A stretch of DNA of 64,000 nucleotides from an uncultured Actinomycetota bacterium. Lineage in GTDB: Bacteria > Actinomycetota > Actinomycetes > Mycobacteriales > CADCTP01. The stretch covers positions 935,794-999,793 of the forward strand of contig CAVXZF010000007.1 of assembly GCA_963766325.1 (NCBI GenBank). The letters are read 5' to 3'. The notes under the pieces were generated by a model. It saw only the letters and a program-made list of their open reading frames with translations. It was not told where the DNA came from and did not search any database. The translations under genes were made by a program, and so were the position numbers. This document shows, piece by piece, positions 51,029 through 60,733 of this stretch; the first letter of the stretch is position 1; the number at the start of each line of letters is the position of its first letter.

Positions 51029-52057
51029 GTGGCGTACGAGGCGGCGGGTGGCCGTTACGAGCGGATGGCGTACCGGCGGTGCGGGCGGAGCGGGCTGAAG
51101 CTGCCCGAGCTGTCGCTGGGGCTGTGGCACAACTTCGGCCACGACCGGCCGTACGAGACGCAGCGGGCGATCGTGCGGCGGGCCTTCGACCTCGGCATCA
51201 CACACTTCGACCTCGCCAACAACTACGGCCCGCCGTACGGGTCGGCGGAGGTCAACTTCGGCCGGATGCTGGCCGGGGACCTCCGGCCGTACCGGGACGA
51301 GCTGGTGATCTCGACCAAGGCGGGCTACGACATGTGGCCGGGGCCGTACGGCGACCACGGGTCCCGCAAGTACCTGCTGGCCAGCTTGGACCAGTCGCTG
51401 GCCCGGATGGGCCTGGACTACGTCGACATCTTCTACTCGCACCGGCTGGACCCGGAGACACCGCTCGAGGAGACGATGGGTGCGCTGGACTCCGCGGTCC
51501 GCGCCGGCAAGGCGCTGTACGTCGGGATCTCGTCGTACAGCTCGGAGCGGACCCGGGAGGCGGCCGCGATCCTGCGTGAGCTGGGCACCCCGCTGCTGAT
51601 CCACCAGCCGTCGTACTCGATGGTGAACCGCTGGATCGAGGACGACCGGCTGCTGGACACGCTCGCCGACGTCGGCGCCGGCTGCATCGCCTTCTCGCCG
51701 CTGGCGCAGGGGCTGCTCACCGACCGCTACCTGGACGGGGTGCCGGCGGACTCCCGGGTCGCCACCGGCGGCGCGATGGGCGAGGACATGCTCACCGAGG
51801 ACCGGCTGGCCAAGGTGCGCGCGCTCAACGACGTGGCCGGCGCGCGCGGGCAGAGCCTGGCCCAGCTCGCGCTGGTCTGGGCGCTGCGCGACCCGCGGAT
51901 GACCTCGCTGGTGATCGGCGCGAGCAGCGTCGCCCAGCTGGAGGCGAACGTGGCCGCACTGGACCGGCCCGAGCTGTCCGGCGACGAGCTGGCCGAGATC
52001 GAGCGGCACGCCACCGACGCCGACATCAACCTGTGGGCATCCTCAAGCGCAGGGTGA
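51029..52057 (+). CDS. aldo/keto reductase (L-glyceraldehyde-3-phosphate reductase/YghZ-like)
   Basis: 342 aa. YRRCGRSGLKLPELSLGLWHNFG...ITHFDLANNYGPPYGSAE...DIFYSHRLDPETPLEETMGALD. Confidence 0.88.
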   Translation: MAYEAAGGRYERMAYRRCGRSGLKLPELSLGLWHNFGHDRPYETQRAIVRRAFDLGITHFDLANNYGPPYGSAEVNFGRMLAGDLRPYRDELVISTKAGYDMWPGPYGDHGSRKYLLASLDQSLARMGLDYVDIFYSHRLDPETPLEETMGALDSAVRAGKALYVGISSYSSERTREAAAILRELGTPLLIHQPSYSMVNRWIEDDRLLDTLADVGAGCIAFSPLAQGLLTDRYLDGVPADSRVATGGAMGEDMLTEDRLAKVRALNDVAGARGQSLAQLALVWALRDPRMTSLVIGASSVAQLEANVAALDRPELSGDELAEIERHATDADINLWASSSAG

Positions 52058-52122
52058 CATTGCCGGCGGTTCGTGAATAAATCGGTCGAGACACACCGAC
52101 CAGGCGTTTCACTGCCGGCCGG

Positions 52123-52560
52123 GTGGACACGAGTTCTGTCGAGACCGACCTTCCTGACGCGGGGCGGAGAGTGGACGCCGAGGTGACGCTGCCGGACGGA
52201 CCCGAGGGGGCGAGCTTCGCCCGTCGGGCGACCGCACGGGCGGCGGAGCTGTGGCGGCTGGACCGGGAGCTGACCGAGACCGCGCTGCTGCTGGTCAGCG
52301 AGCTGGCCACCAACGCGATCCGGCACGGCGCCCCGCCGGTGCGGCTGTCCCTGCGGCTGGAGTCCGACCGGCTGCGGGTCGAGATCACCGACGGCTCGCC
52401 CTCGCTGCCCCGGCTCATCCAGCCCGGCCCGGACCAGGTCGGCGGGCGCGGGCTGCAGATCGTGCAGGAGCTGGCGGCCCGCTGGGGCGCCCAGGCGTCC
52501 CGGCAGCACCTCGGCAAGACCGTCTGGTTCGAGCTCGGCGGCATGCTCCGCCGGCGCTGA
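52123..52560 (+). CDS. HATPase_c-type anti-sigma-factor-like serine kinase (RsbW/SpoIIAB-like)
   Basis: 145 aa. LLVSELATNAIRHG (N-box) and GGRGLQIVQELAARWG (G-box). Confidence 0.75.
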   Translation: MDTSSVETDLPDAGRRVDAEVTLPDGPEGASFARRATARAAELWRLDRELTETALLLVSELATNAIRHGAPPVRLSLRLESDRLRVEITDGSPSLPRLIQPGPDQVGGRGLQIVQELAARWGAQASRQHLGKTVWFELGGMLRRR

Positions 52561-52715
52561 GCCGCCCACCCCGGCCCGACACCAGCCCACCCGCCGCCCT
52601 GCCGCCGGCCCGCCACCGGTCGCCTGCCGGCCCGCCCACCGGCCCCTCCGGGCTGCGTACCCGGGAATCACCCATCGGCACCGGTCATGGCACAGTGACG
52701 ACGACACGGCAGAGG

Positions 52716-55181
52716 ATGGGCATGACGACGGAGCGGTTCCGGCTCGTCGCGGCGGCGGCCGCGGCGCTGGTGCTCGCGGTGGTCGGGATGGCCGCCGGCG
52801 GTCTCGCCCGGGACGACGCCGCCACCGCCGTGGACGTCGCGCAAGTGGTCGCGGCCGCGGCGGCCGCCGCCTGCTGCGGCCGGACCGGCTGGCGGGCGAC
52901 CGGGCCGGAGCGGCGCTGGCGGCTGCTGGTCGGGCTCGGCATCGGGCTCTGGGGCGCCGTGCAGGCGGTCCGGCTCTGGGCCGGGCTGGCCGGTGCCGAC
53001 CTGGGGTCGCCTTCGGTCGCGGACGCCGGCCAGCTCGGGCTGGCCGTCTTCGTGCTGCCCGCGCTGGCCGTCTTCGCCACCGAGGGCACCCGGCTGCCGC
53101 CGCGGCCGACGACGCCCCCCGACGACGACGTCGAGACCGGCCGGTCGGTGCCGGTGCTGGTGCTGGACGGGCTGGTGGTGGTCGGCTCGCTGCTCACCCT
53201 GGCCTGGTCGAGCACCCTGGGCGCGGCCGTCGACCGCGGCGCCCCCGGGCCGGTCGACCTGCTGGTCGCGCTGGTCGACCCGGTGGTCGACCTGGCGCTG
53301 ATCACCGTGGTGGTGCTGCTCACCGCGGTCCGCCGGGTGCGCTGGCGGCCGCCGCTGCTGCTGCTCGGCCCCGGCCTGGTCGCGATCGCGATGTCCGACA
53401 GCGTCGCCGGCTGGCTGCACAACCGGGGCGACGCCGAGGTCCACCCCCTGGTCGAGGCGGGCGCGGTGGTCGGCGCCGCGCTGGTCGCGCTGGCCGCGGT
53501 GGTGCCGGAGGCGCCGCCCGGCTCTCCGGCCCGGCGGCGGACCGCGCTGCCGGCCTGGGCGCACCTGCTGGTGCCGTACCTGCCGCTGACCGCGGTCGGC
53601 CTGCTGATGACCGGGCAGACCGCGGTCGGCGTGCAGCTGGAGCCGGTCGAGATCTACGCCGGCATGCTGGTCATGGTGCTGGTGGTGGCCCGCCAGCTGC
53701 TCACCCTGCGGGAGAACCTCACGCTCTTGCAGCGGGTCCGCGACGGCCGCCGGCAGCTGGCCCACCTCGCCTTCCACGACCCGCTGACCGGGCTGGTCAA
53801 CCGGGCGCTGTTCGGCGACCGGCTGGCGCACGCGGTCGAGCTGCACCGGCGGGACGGCCAGCCGGTGGCGCTGCTCTTCTGCGACCTCGACGACTTCAAG
53901 ACCGTCAACGACAGCCTCGGCCACAGCGCCGGCGACGAGCTGCTGCGGCAGGTCGCGCAGCGGCTGGCCGCGACCGTACGGTCCTCGGACACCGTCGCGC
54001 GGCTGGGCGGGGACGAGTTCGCGGTGCTCTTCGAGGGCGGCCAGGCGGACCGGTCCACGGTGGTGGAGCGGCTGGTCCAGGCGCTGGCGAGGCCGTTCAC
54101 GCTGGACGGGGTGGCCCGGATCGTACGGTGCAGCCTCGGCCTGGTGGCCGCGGACGAGCCAGGACCGGAGGTGTCCCCGGACCTGCTGCTGCACCAGGCC
54201 GACGGGGCGATGTACGAGGCCAAGCGGCAGGGCGGCGGCCAGGTGGTGACGTACCGGCCCGGCGAGACGCCGACCCACACCGACCCGGACCTGCCCGAGC
54301 GGCTGGCCCGGGCGCTGCGCCGCGGGGTGTCCGCGGCTGAGGACGACGGGCTGCGTGTGCATTACCAGCCGATCGTGCGGATCGCGGACGGCGCCACAGT
54401 GGCGCTGGAGGCGCTGGCCCGATGGACCGACCGGGCCCGCGGGCCGGTGTCGCCGGACGTCTTCGTGGCGGTGGCCGAGCGGACCGGGCTGGTCGGCGAC
54501 CTGGACGACCGGGTGCTCGAGCAGGCCTGCCGGGACCTGGCCGCGCTGCGCAAGAAGCTCGGCCGCGGGCTGGCCGTCCATGTCAACGTGTCCGCCACGC
54601 GGCTGCACGACCCCGGCCTGGAGCGGACCGTGCGCGCCGCGCTGGAGCGGCACGGGCTGCCCGGCGGGGCGCTGGTGCTGGAGATCACCGAGACCAGCCG
54701 GGTGCCCGACCCGGACGCCGCCTCCCGGATCCTGCAGCGGCTGCGCAAGGCCGGCGTCCGGGTCGCGCTGGACGACTTCGGCACCGGCTACGGCACGCTT
54801 GCCCACCTGCACCTGCTGCCGGTCGACGTGGTCAAGCTGGACCGCACGCTCACCACCCCGGACCCGGAGCAGGCGGAGCGGCTGCGCCGCTCGGTGGTCA
54901 CCATCTCCCGCGCGCTCGGCATGCTGGTCGTCGCCGAGGGGGTGGAGACGATCCGGCAGGCCGCCGGGCTGCACCGGCTGGGCTGCGACCTCGCCCAGGG
55001 CTGGCTCTACGGCCGGCCGGTCGCGGTGGGCGACCTGCGCCTGGTGCCGGCCCGCGTCCCCGACCTGCCGGAGCCCGCCGGCGCCGGGCCCGACGCCGGC
55101 CCGGTCGCCGAGCCGTCCGCGAACGGCAGCGGACCCCACCCGGTCGTCGTCCCGGCCCGGCTCCTCGGGCCGGCCACCTGA
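52716..55181 (+). CDS. membrane-bound GGDEF-EAL protein (canonical GGDEF; diguanylate cyclase/phosphodiesterase)
   Basis: Multi-TM N-terminus. HDPLTGLVNR...RLGGDEFAVLF. EAL domain EALARW...DDFGTGYGTL...KLDRTL...EGVET. The start could be ATG 52716 or ATG 52722 (the latter has a GAGGA RBS). The track start at 52251 overlaps the upstream gene and was rejected. Confidence 0.9.
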   Translation: MGMTTERFRLVAAAAAALVLAVVGMAAGGLARDDAATAVDVAQVVAAAAAAACCGRTGWRATGPERRWRLLVGLGIGLWGAVQAVRLWAGLAGADLGSPSVADAGQLGLAVFVLPALAVFATEGTRLPPRPTTPPDDDVETGRSVPVLVLDGLVVVGSLLTLAWSSTLGAAVDRGAPGPVDLLVALVDPVVDLALITVVVLLTAVRRVRWRPPLLLLGPGLVAIAMSDSVAGWLHNRGDAEVHPLVEAGAVVGAALVALAAVVPEAPPGSPARRRTALPAWAHLLVPYLPLTAVGLLMTGQTAVGVQLEPVEIYAGMLVMVLVVARQLLTLRENLTLLQRVRDGRRQLAHLAFHDPLTGLVNRALFGDRLAHAVELHRRDGQPVALLFCDLDDFKTVNDSLGHSAGDELLRQVAQRLAATVRSSDTVARLGGDEFAVLFEGGQADRSTVVERLVQALARPFTLDGVARIVRCSLGLVAADEPGPEVSPDLLLHQADGAMYEAKRQGGGQVVTYRPGETPTHTDPDLPERLARALRRGVSAAEDDGLRVHYQPIVRIADGATVALEALARWTDRARGPVSPDVFVAVAERTGLVGDLDDRVLEQACRDLAALRKKLGRGLAVHVNVSATRLHDPGLERTVRAALERHGLPGGALVLEITETSRVPDPDAASRILQRLRKAGVRVALDDFGTGYGTLAHLHLLPVDVVKLDRTLTTPDPEQAERLRRSVVTISRALGMLVVAEGVETIRQAAGLHRLGCDLAQGWLYGRPVAVGDLRLVPARVPDLPEPAGAGPDAGPVAEPSANGSGPHPVVVPARLLGPAT

Positions 55182-55190
55182 CGACCGGGA

Positions 55191-56078
55191 TCAGCCGGGG
55201 CGGCGGGCGGACAGATAGGTGACCGCGAACCGGCCGCGGCGGCGCTCCGGCGGCTGGGACTCGAGATGGCTCAGCAGCTCCTCCCGCTCGGCCGGGTCGA
55301 GCGCCCGGTCGAGCAGCTCCCCGTACGTCGGCGCGGTCGGGTTGGGCGCGATGCCGAGCATCTGCCGGATCGGCAGCCGGGTCAGGCCGAAGCCGAGGTC
55401 GGTGCCGATCCGCGCCTCGTACGCCAGCGTGAGCTCGCCGAACCCGGCCGCCTCGGCCGCGGCCAGCAGGTCCCGCTCGTCGAAGTCGACGATCGGGTCG
55501 TCGACCGGCCGGTCGGCCCGGGCCGCCGCGGCCACCCGGTCGGCCAGCTTCTGCACGCCGGACACGTCGAAGGTCCACAGCCGGCCCGGTGGCTCCGGGA
55601 AGGCGAAGCGGTTGACCGGCTCGAAGAGGGACAGCCGGCCGCCCGGGCGGAGCACCCGGTGCAGGGCGCGCAGGCAGGCGGGCCTGTCGCGGACGTACAT
55701 GAGCACGGAGCGGAGCACGACGACGTCGACCGACCCGGCCGGGATGCCGGCCAGCTCCGGCAGCCCGGTGCGGACGAAGCGGCACCGCTCGGCGACGCCC
55801 AGCCCGGCCGCGGTCCCGCGGCAGTGGTCGAGCAGCGCCGCCGAGACGTCGCTGAACACGACCGTCCCGCCCGGCCCCACCCGGTCCAGCGCGGCGAAGC
55901 CGAGCAGACCGTCGCCGCAGCCGACGTCGAGCACGGTCTCCCCCGGCGCCGGCGCGGCCGCGTCGAGGACGCGGTCCCGGATCGGCCCCAGCACCGCGAG
56001 CGCGTCATGGTGCCGGGCCTGGTCGCCGCCGTGCCGCGCCCGCAGCACCCAGTCCGCCCATCGGTCGCTAGTCGCCAC
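55191..56078 (-). CDS. class I SAM-dependent methyltransferase
   Basis: 295 aa from the GTG at 56078 (GGGAGGA RBS). VLDVGCGDGLLG (motif I), VVFSDVS, LRPGGRLSLFEP. The C-terminal part of a chimeric 663-aa track ORF. Confidence 0.85.
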   Translation of the reverse strand: MATSDRWADWVLRARHGGDQARHHDALAVLGPIRDRVLDAAAPAPGETVLDVGCGDGLLGFAALDRVGPGGTVVFSDVSAALLDHCRGTAAGLGVAERCRFVRTGLPELAGIPAGSVDVVVLRSVLMYVRDRPACLRALHRVLRPGGRLSLFEPVNRFAFPEPPGRLWTFDVSGVQKLADRVAAAARADRPVDDPIVDFDERDLLAAAEAAGFGELTLAYEARIGTDLGFGLTRLPIRQMLGIAPNPTAPTYGELLDRALDPAEREELLSHLESQPPERRRGRFAVTYLSARRPG

Positions 56079-56180
56079 CCGCGGATCCTCCCTGCTGCCC
56101 GCGAGTCGGGACAAGGCGGGCAGACGATGCCGGACGGGACGGCTACGGTGGGGAGCGACCCGACCCGAGGAGGCGGTGGG

Positions 56181-57521
56181 ATGGCGGACCTGCGCGTCGC
56201 CGTGGTCGGTTCCGGCCCGGCGGGGGTGTACGCGGCGGATGCGCTGACGCGCGGCTCCACGGGGGTCACCGTCGACGTGCTGGACCGGCTGCCGGCGCCG
56301 TACGGGCTGGTCCGCTACGGGGTGGCCCCGGACCACGTGAAGATGAAGTCGGTCGACGCCGCGCTGCGCAAGGTGCTGGAGCGGGACACCGTCCGCTTCG
56401 TCGGCAACGTCGAGGTGGGCACCGACCTCACCCTGGACGACCTGCGCCGGCACTACGACGCGGTGCTCTTCGCCACCGGCGCCGCGGTGGACCGGCGGCT
56501 CGGGGTGCCCGGCGAGGACCTGCCCGGCAGCTTCTCCGCGACCGACTTCGTCGCCTGGTACAGCGGGCATCCCGACGCCGAGCTGGACCGCTTCACGCTG
56601 CGCGCGCGGCGGGTGGTGGTGGTCGGGGTCGGCAACGTGGCCGTCGACGTGGCCCGCGTGCTGTCCAAGACCGCGGCCGAGCTGAGCTCGACGGACGTGC
56701 CCGGACACGTGCTCGACGTGCTCGACGCCAGCGCGGTGGAGGAGGTCACGATGGTCGGCCGGCGCGGCCCGGCCCAGGCCCGCTTCACCACCAAGGAGCT
56801 GCGCGAGCTCGGCGAGCTGGCCAACGCGGACGTGGTCCTCGACCCGGCCGACCTGGAGCTGTCCGAGGACGACCTGGCCACGGTCGACGCCGACCGGACG
56901 CTGCGCGCGAACCTCGAGGTGCTGCGCGGCTGGGCCGGCCGGGCGCCGGAGGGCCGGCCGCGGACGCTGACGCTGCGCTTCTGGCTGCGGCCGGCCGAGG
57001 TGCTCGGGGTCGAGGCGGTCAGCGGGCTGCGCACCGAGCGGACCCGGCTGGAGGGCGGCCGGCTGGTCGGCACCGGGGAGACCGTCGACCTGCCGGCGGA
57101 GATGGTGCTGCGCTCGGTCGGCTATCGCGGGGTGGCGCTGCCCGGGCTGCCGTTCGACGAGCGCACCGGGTGCGTGCCGCACGCCGCCGGGCGGGTGCTG
57201 ACCGAGGCCGGCCCGCTGCCGGGGCTGTACGTCGCCGGCTGGGTCAAGCGCGGGCCGACCGGCGTGATCGGCACCAACAAGTCGGACGCGGCCGAGACGG
57301 TGGCCACCCTGCTGGCCGACGCCGACGGGCTGCCGCGGGCGCCCGAGCGGGACCCGGACGCGGTGGTCGCGCTGCTCTGCCGGCGCGGGGTCGACCCGGT
57401 CGAGTGGGCCGGCTGGCAGGCCATCGACGCGGCCGAGCAGGCGCTGGGCGCCGACCGCGGGTGCGCCCGGGTCAAGATCGCCGACCGGGCCACCCTGCTG
57501 TCCACCGCCCGCGGGTCCTGA
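56181..57521 (+). CDS. fprA: NADPH-ferredoxin reductase (FprA/adrenodoxin reductase-like)
   Basis: ATG at 56181 with a GAGGAGG RBS. LRVAVVGSGPAGVYAADAL...PAPYGLVRYGVAPDH...VVVVGVGNVAVDVARVL...YVAGWVKRGPTGVIGTNK. Confidence 0.9.
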   Translation: MADLRVAVVGSGPAGVYAADALTRGSTGVTVDVLDRLPAPYGLVRYGVAPDHVKMKSVDAALRKVLERDTVRFVGNVEVGTDLTLDDLRRHYDAVLFATGAAVDRRLGVPGEDLPGSFSATDFVAWYSGHPDAELDRFTLRARRVVVVGVGNVAVDVARVLSKTAAELSSTDVPGHVLDVLDASAVEEVTMVGRRGPAQARFTTKELRELGELANADVVLDPADLELSEDDLATVDADRTLRANLEVLRGWAGRAPEGRPRTLTLRFWLRPAEVLGVEAVSGLRTERTRLEGGRLVGTGETVDLPAEMVLRSVGYRGVALPGLPFDERTGCVPHAAGRVLTEAGPLPGLYVAGWVKRGPTGVIGTNKSDAAETVATLLADADGLPRAPERDPDAVVALLCRRGVDPVEWAGWQAIDAAEQALGADRGCARVKIADRATLLSTARGS

Positions 57522-57542
57522 CCGCCGCGCTCAGCGCGGCGG
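57522..57542 (+). terminator. Hairpin immediately after the fprA stop
   Basis: CCGCCGCGC-TCA-GCGCGGCGG (9-bp GC stem) starting 1 nt after the TGA. Confidence 0.5.
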
Positions 57543-57657
57543 CTGGCAGGCGAGCCGGTCCAGGTCGAGCGCACCCAGCGCCGGGTCGGCGCGCTCCTGC
57601 ACCTGGGAGCGGTCGTGATCCTCCTCCCGAGGCCTGGACCTCGACGTACGGTGGGGT

Positions 57658-58758
57658 GTGCGTGCGGGCGCGTGGCGGTGGGCGGTGGTCGCGGTCGGCG
57701 TCGCCGTGCTGGTCAGCCTGCCGCTCGCGGTCGGCGCGCTGCCGGCCCGGTCGGACTCCCGGTCCGCCGGCGAGCTGGTCGAGGCGGTGCGCCGGTCCGC
57801 GGCGACCGGCTACTCCGGCTACGCGGAGGCGGTCGGCGGGCTGTCGCTGCCGCTGACCGAGGACTTCTCCGGGCTCACCGACCTCTTCGGCGACCGCAGC
57901 CGGCTGCGGGTGTGGTGGCGCGGCGACCAGGACTGGCGGGTCGACACCGTGCTGGCCGGCGGCGAGACCGGGGTGCGGCGGGACGCCGAGGGCCTGTGGA
58001 CCTGGGAGTACGAGCGGGGCACGGCACTGCGGACCACCGACCCGGCGGTGCGGCTGCCCCGGGGGGCCGACCTCGAGCCAGGCGCGCTTGGCCGCCGGCT
58101 GCTGTCCGAGTCCCGGCCACCGGAGCTCAGCCGGCTGCCGGCCCGCCGGGTGGCCAACCGGAGCGCGCCCGGGCTGCGGCTGCGACCGGCCGACCCGGGC
58201 ACCACCGTCGACCGGGTGGACGTCTGGGTGGACGGCGCCACCGGCGTGCCGCTGCGGGTGGAGGTGTACGGCGCGGGCTCGGGGCGGCCGGTGGTGGAGA
58301 CCGCGTTCCTCGACTTCAGCGCCGAGCGGCCGGGGCCGGGCAGGACCCGGTTCGCGCCGCCGTACCCGGGCCGGGTGCGGACGGAGCTCAACCCGGACCT
58401 GGCCGCGTCGATCAACGTCTTCTCCTCTGCGGTGCCCCCGCAGCGGCTGGCCGGGCTGCCCGTGCGGACCCGGGTGGAGGGCCTGGGTTCGGTGGGGACG
58501 TACGGCACCGGCCTGACCGTGCTGGTCGCGGTGCCGCTGCCCGGCCGGGTGTCCCGGCCGCTGCGCGAGCAGCTGGCCGGCACCCCCGGGATCACGTCGA
58601 CCGGCACCGGGCTGCGGCTCACCGTCGGCCCGCTCGCACTGCTGCTCGTCGACCCGCCGGGCCGGCGCGACTGGCTGCTCACCGGCACCGTGGACGCGGC
58701 CACCCTGGACCGCGCGGCCGCCGAGATCGCCGCCGACCCGGCTTTGGAGCCACGTTGA
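57658..58758 (+). CDS. hypothetical exported/membrane-anchored protein (N-terminal signal anchor) preceding an ABC-2 exporter
   Basis: 366 aa. WRWAVVAVGVAVLVSLPLAVGALPA hydrophobic N-terminus. No catalytic motif recognised. Its stop overlaps the next start (TTGA). Confidence 0.55.
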   Translation: MRAGAWRWAVVAVGVAVLVSLPLAVGALPARSDSRSAGELVEAVRRSAATGYSGYAEAVGGLSLPLTEDFSGLTDLFGDRSRLRVWWRGDQDWRVDTVLAGGETGVRRDAEGLWTWEYERGTALRTTDPAVRLPRGADLEPGALGRRLLSESRPPELSRLPARRVANRSAPGLRLRPADPGTTVDRVDVWVDGATGVPLRVEVYGAGSGRPVVETAFLDFSAERPGPGRTRFAPPYPGRVRTELNPDLAASINVFSSAVPPQRLAGLPVRTRVEGLGSVGTYGTGLTVLVAVPLPGRVSRPLREQLAGTPGITSTGTGLRLTVGPLALLLVDPPGRRDWLLTGTVDAATLDRAAAEIAADPALEPR

Positions 58759-59897
58759 CGGCCGGTGGAGCCACGTCGACGGCCGATGGAGCAGCGGTCA
58801 CGGCGGCGATCCGGACCCAGGGGCTGACCAAGCGCTTCGGGTCGCTCACCGCGGTCGACTCGGTCGACCTCGACGTGCAGCCCGGCGACGTGTACGGCTT
58901 CCTCGGGCCGAACGGGTCCGGCAAGACCACCATGGTCCGGATGCTGCTCGGCCTGGTGCTGCCGACGTCCGGCACCGTCGAGGTGCTCGGCGAGCCGATC
59001 CCGCGGCACTCCCGGCGGGTGCTGCACCGGGTCGGGGCGCTGGTCGAGGCGCCGGCGGCGTACGGGCACCTGGGCGCCCGGGCGAACCTGGCGCTGCTCG
59101 ACGCCGCCGGCCCGGGTGGACCGCGGCGCACCCGGCGGCACCGCATCGACGAGGCGCTGGAGCAGGTCGGGCTGGCCGGGGTCGGGCGTCGGCCGGTGAA
59201 GGCGTACTCGCTCGGCATGCGGCAGCGGCTCGGTATCGCGGCCGCGCTGATCCGCCGTCCGGAGCTGCTGGTGCTGGACGAGCCCACCAACGGGCTCGAC
59301 CCGCGGGGGATCCACGAGATCCGCGACCTGCTGCTGGGCCTGAACGCGGACGGCACCACCGTCTTCCTGTCCAGCCACCTGCTGGCCGAGGTCGAGCAGC
59401 TGTGCAAGCGGGTCGGCGTGGTCGACCGCGGGCGGCTGGTGCTGCAGGAGTCGCTGGCCACCCTGCGGGCGCCGACCGGGCAGGTGGTGCTGCGCACGCC
59501 CGACCCGGAGTGGGCGGTGTCGCTGCTGGACGGCTCGGTGCGCCGGCGGGACGGCGACCGGCTGTGGGTCGGCGCGGCCGACCCGGCCGAGCTGAACGCC
59601 CGCTTGGTCAAGCACGGGATCCGGGTCAGCGAGATCGCCGCCGAGCGGCGGTCGCTGGAGGACGTCGTGCTCGCCGCCACCTCGGCCGGCACCGACCGCG
59701 TCGATCCCGGCGCCGGCCCCGACCCCGACCGCGCGTCCGCCCCCGCCGCGCCCGCCCCCGCCGCAACCGCCGCAGCCCCCGCAGCCCCCGCAGACTCCGC
59801 CGACTCAGCAGCCGCGGCCGAGCCGCTGCCCCGCCGTACTCCCGCCGCCGACCCCGAGCCGGACCGCGGGGAGCCGGATCGGGAGGGGGCGGCGTGA
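58755..59897 (+). CDS. ABC transporter ATP-binding protein (ABC-2/DrrA-like) with a Pro/Ala-rich C-terminal tail
   Basis: TTG start at 58755, the only in-frame start after the upstream stop. GPNGSGKTT, YSLGMRQRLGIAAAL, LLVLDEPTNGLDP. ~70-aa low-complexity tail. Confidence 0.88.
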   Translation: MTAGGATSTADGAAVTAAIRTQGLTKRFGSLTAVDSVDLDVQPGDVYGFLGPNGSGKTTMVRMLLGLVLPTSGTVEVLGEPIPRHSRRVLHRVGALVEAPAAYGHLGARANLALLDAAGPGGPRRTRRHRIDEALEQVGLAGVGRRPVKAYSLGMRQRLGIAAALIRRPELLVLDEPTNGLDPRGIHEIRDLLLGLNADGTTVFLSSHLLAEVEQLCKRVGVVDRGRLVLQESLATLRAPTGQVVLRTPDPEWAVSLLDGSVRRRDGDRLWVGAADPAELNARLVKHGIRVSEIAAERRSLEDVVLAATSAGTDRVDPGAGPDPDRASAPAAPAPAATAAAPAAPADSADSAAAAEPLPRRTPAADPEPDRGEPDREGAA

Positions 59898-60709
59898 TCG
59901 GCGTCGAGCTGCGCAAGCTGCTGCGCCGCCCGCGCACCTGGATCGTCATCGCGCTGATCGACGCCCTGCCCACGCTGGTCGCCGTCCTGCTCGCGATCAC
60001 CGACCTGGCGCCCCGCCCGGGCACCGGACCCGCCTTCCTGTCCGCGGTGCTCGGCAACGGCGTGCTCTTCCCCGCCGCCGCGCTTGCCATCGTGCTGCCG
60101 CTCTTCCTGCCGGTCTCGGTCGCGATCATCGCCGGCGACTCGATCGCCGGCGAGGCGCAGGCCGGCACCCTGCGCTACCTGCTGGCCCGCCCCGCCGGCC
60201 GGACCCGGCTGCTGGTGGCCAAGCTGGCCGCCGTGCTGGTCTTCGTCGCGCTGGCCGTCGTGGTGGTGACCGTGACCGCGTACTTCGTCGGCACCGGCCT
60301 GTTCGGCAGCCAGCCGCTCGGCGGCTCGACCGTCTCGGTCTCCGGCAGCACGCTGACCGTCCGGCAGGCGGTGCTGCGGACCCTGCTGGCGATGGCGTAC
60401 GTCGCCTTCTCCATGCTCGGCGTGGCCGCGGTCGCGCTGTTCCTGTCGACCGTCACCGACTCCCCGCTGGCGGCCGCGATGGGCGCGCTCGCCTTCCTGG
60501 TCACCTCATCGCTGCTGCTCACGCTGGACGCCGCCGGCGCGCTGCAGCCGTACCTGCCGACCCGCTACTGGCTGGCCTTCGTCGACCTCTTCCGCGACCC
60601 GATCCTGTGGCGCGACATCCTGCGCGGCATCGGCCTGCAGGCCGTCTACCTGGTCGTCCTGCTCGGCGCCGCCTGGGCCAACTTCACCACCAAGGACATC
60701 AAGTCCTGA
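59894..60709 (+). CDS. ABC-2 type transporter permease
   Basis: GTG start overlapping the upstream TGA (GTGA). 271 aa, six hydrophobic segments, IAGEAQAGTLRYLLARP motif typical of ABC-2 permeases. Confidence 0.8.
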   Translation: MIGVELRKLLRRPRTWIVIALIDALPTLVAVLLAITDLAPRPGTGPAFLSAVLGNGVLFPAAALAIVLPLFLPVSVAIIAGDSIAGEAQAGTLRYLLARPAGRTRLLVAKLAAVLVFVALAVVVVTVTAYFVGTGLFGSQPLGGSTVSVSGSTLTVRQAVLRTLLAMAYVAFSMLGVAAVALFLSTVTDSPLAAAMGALAFLVTSSLLLTLDAAGALQPYLPTRYWLAFVDLFRDPILWRDILRGIGLQAVYLVVLLGAAWANFTTKDIKS

Positions 60710-60733
60710 GCTGGCGGCCAGCCCGGTGCCGGG

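Noticed and set aside
55191-57182. 663-aa minus-strand ORF
   Set aside because: Only the C-terminal 295 aa (the methyltransferase, with its own GTG and RBS at 56078) are credible. The remainder is antisense to fprA.
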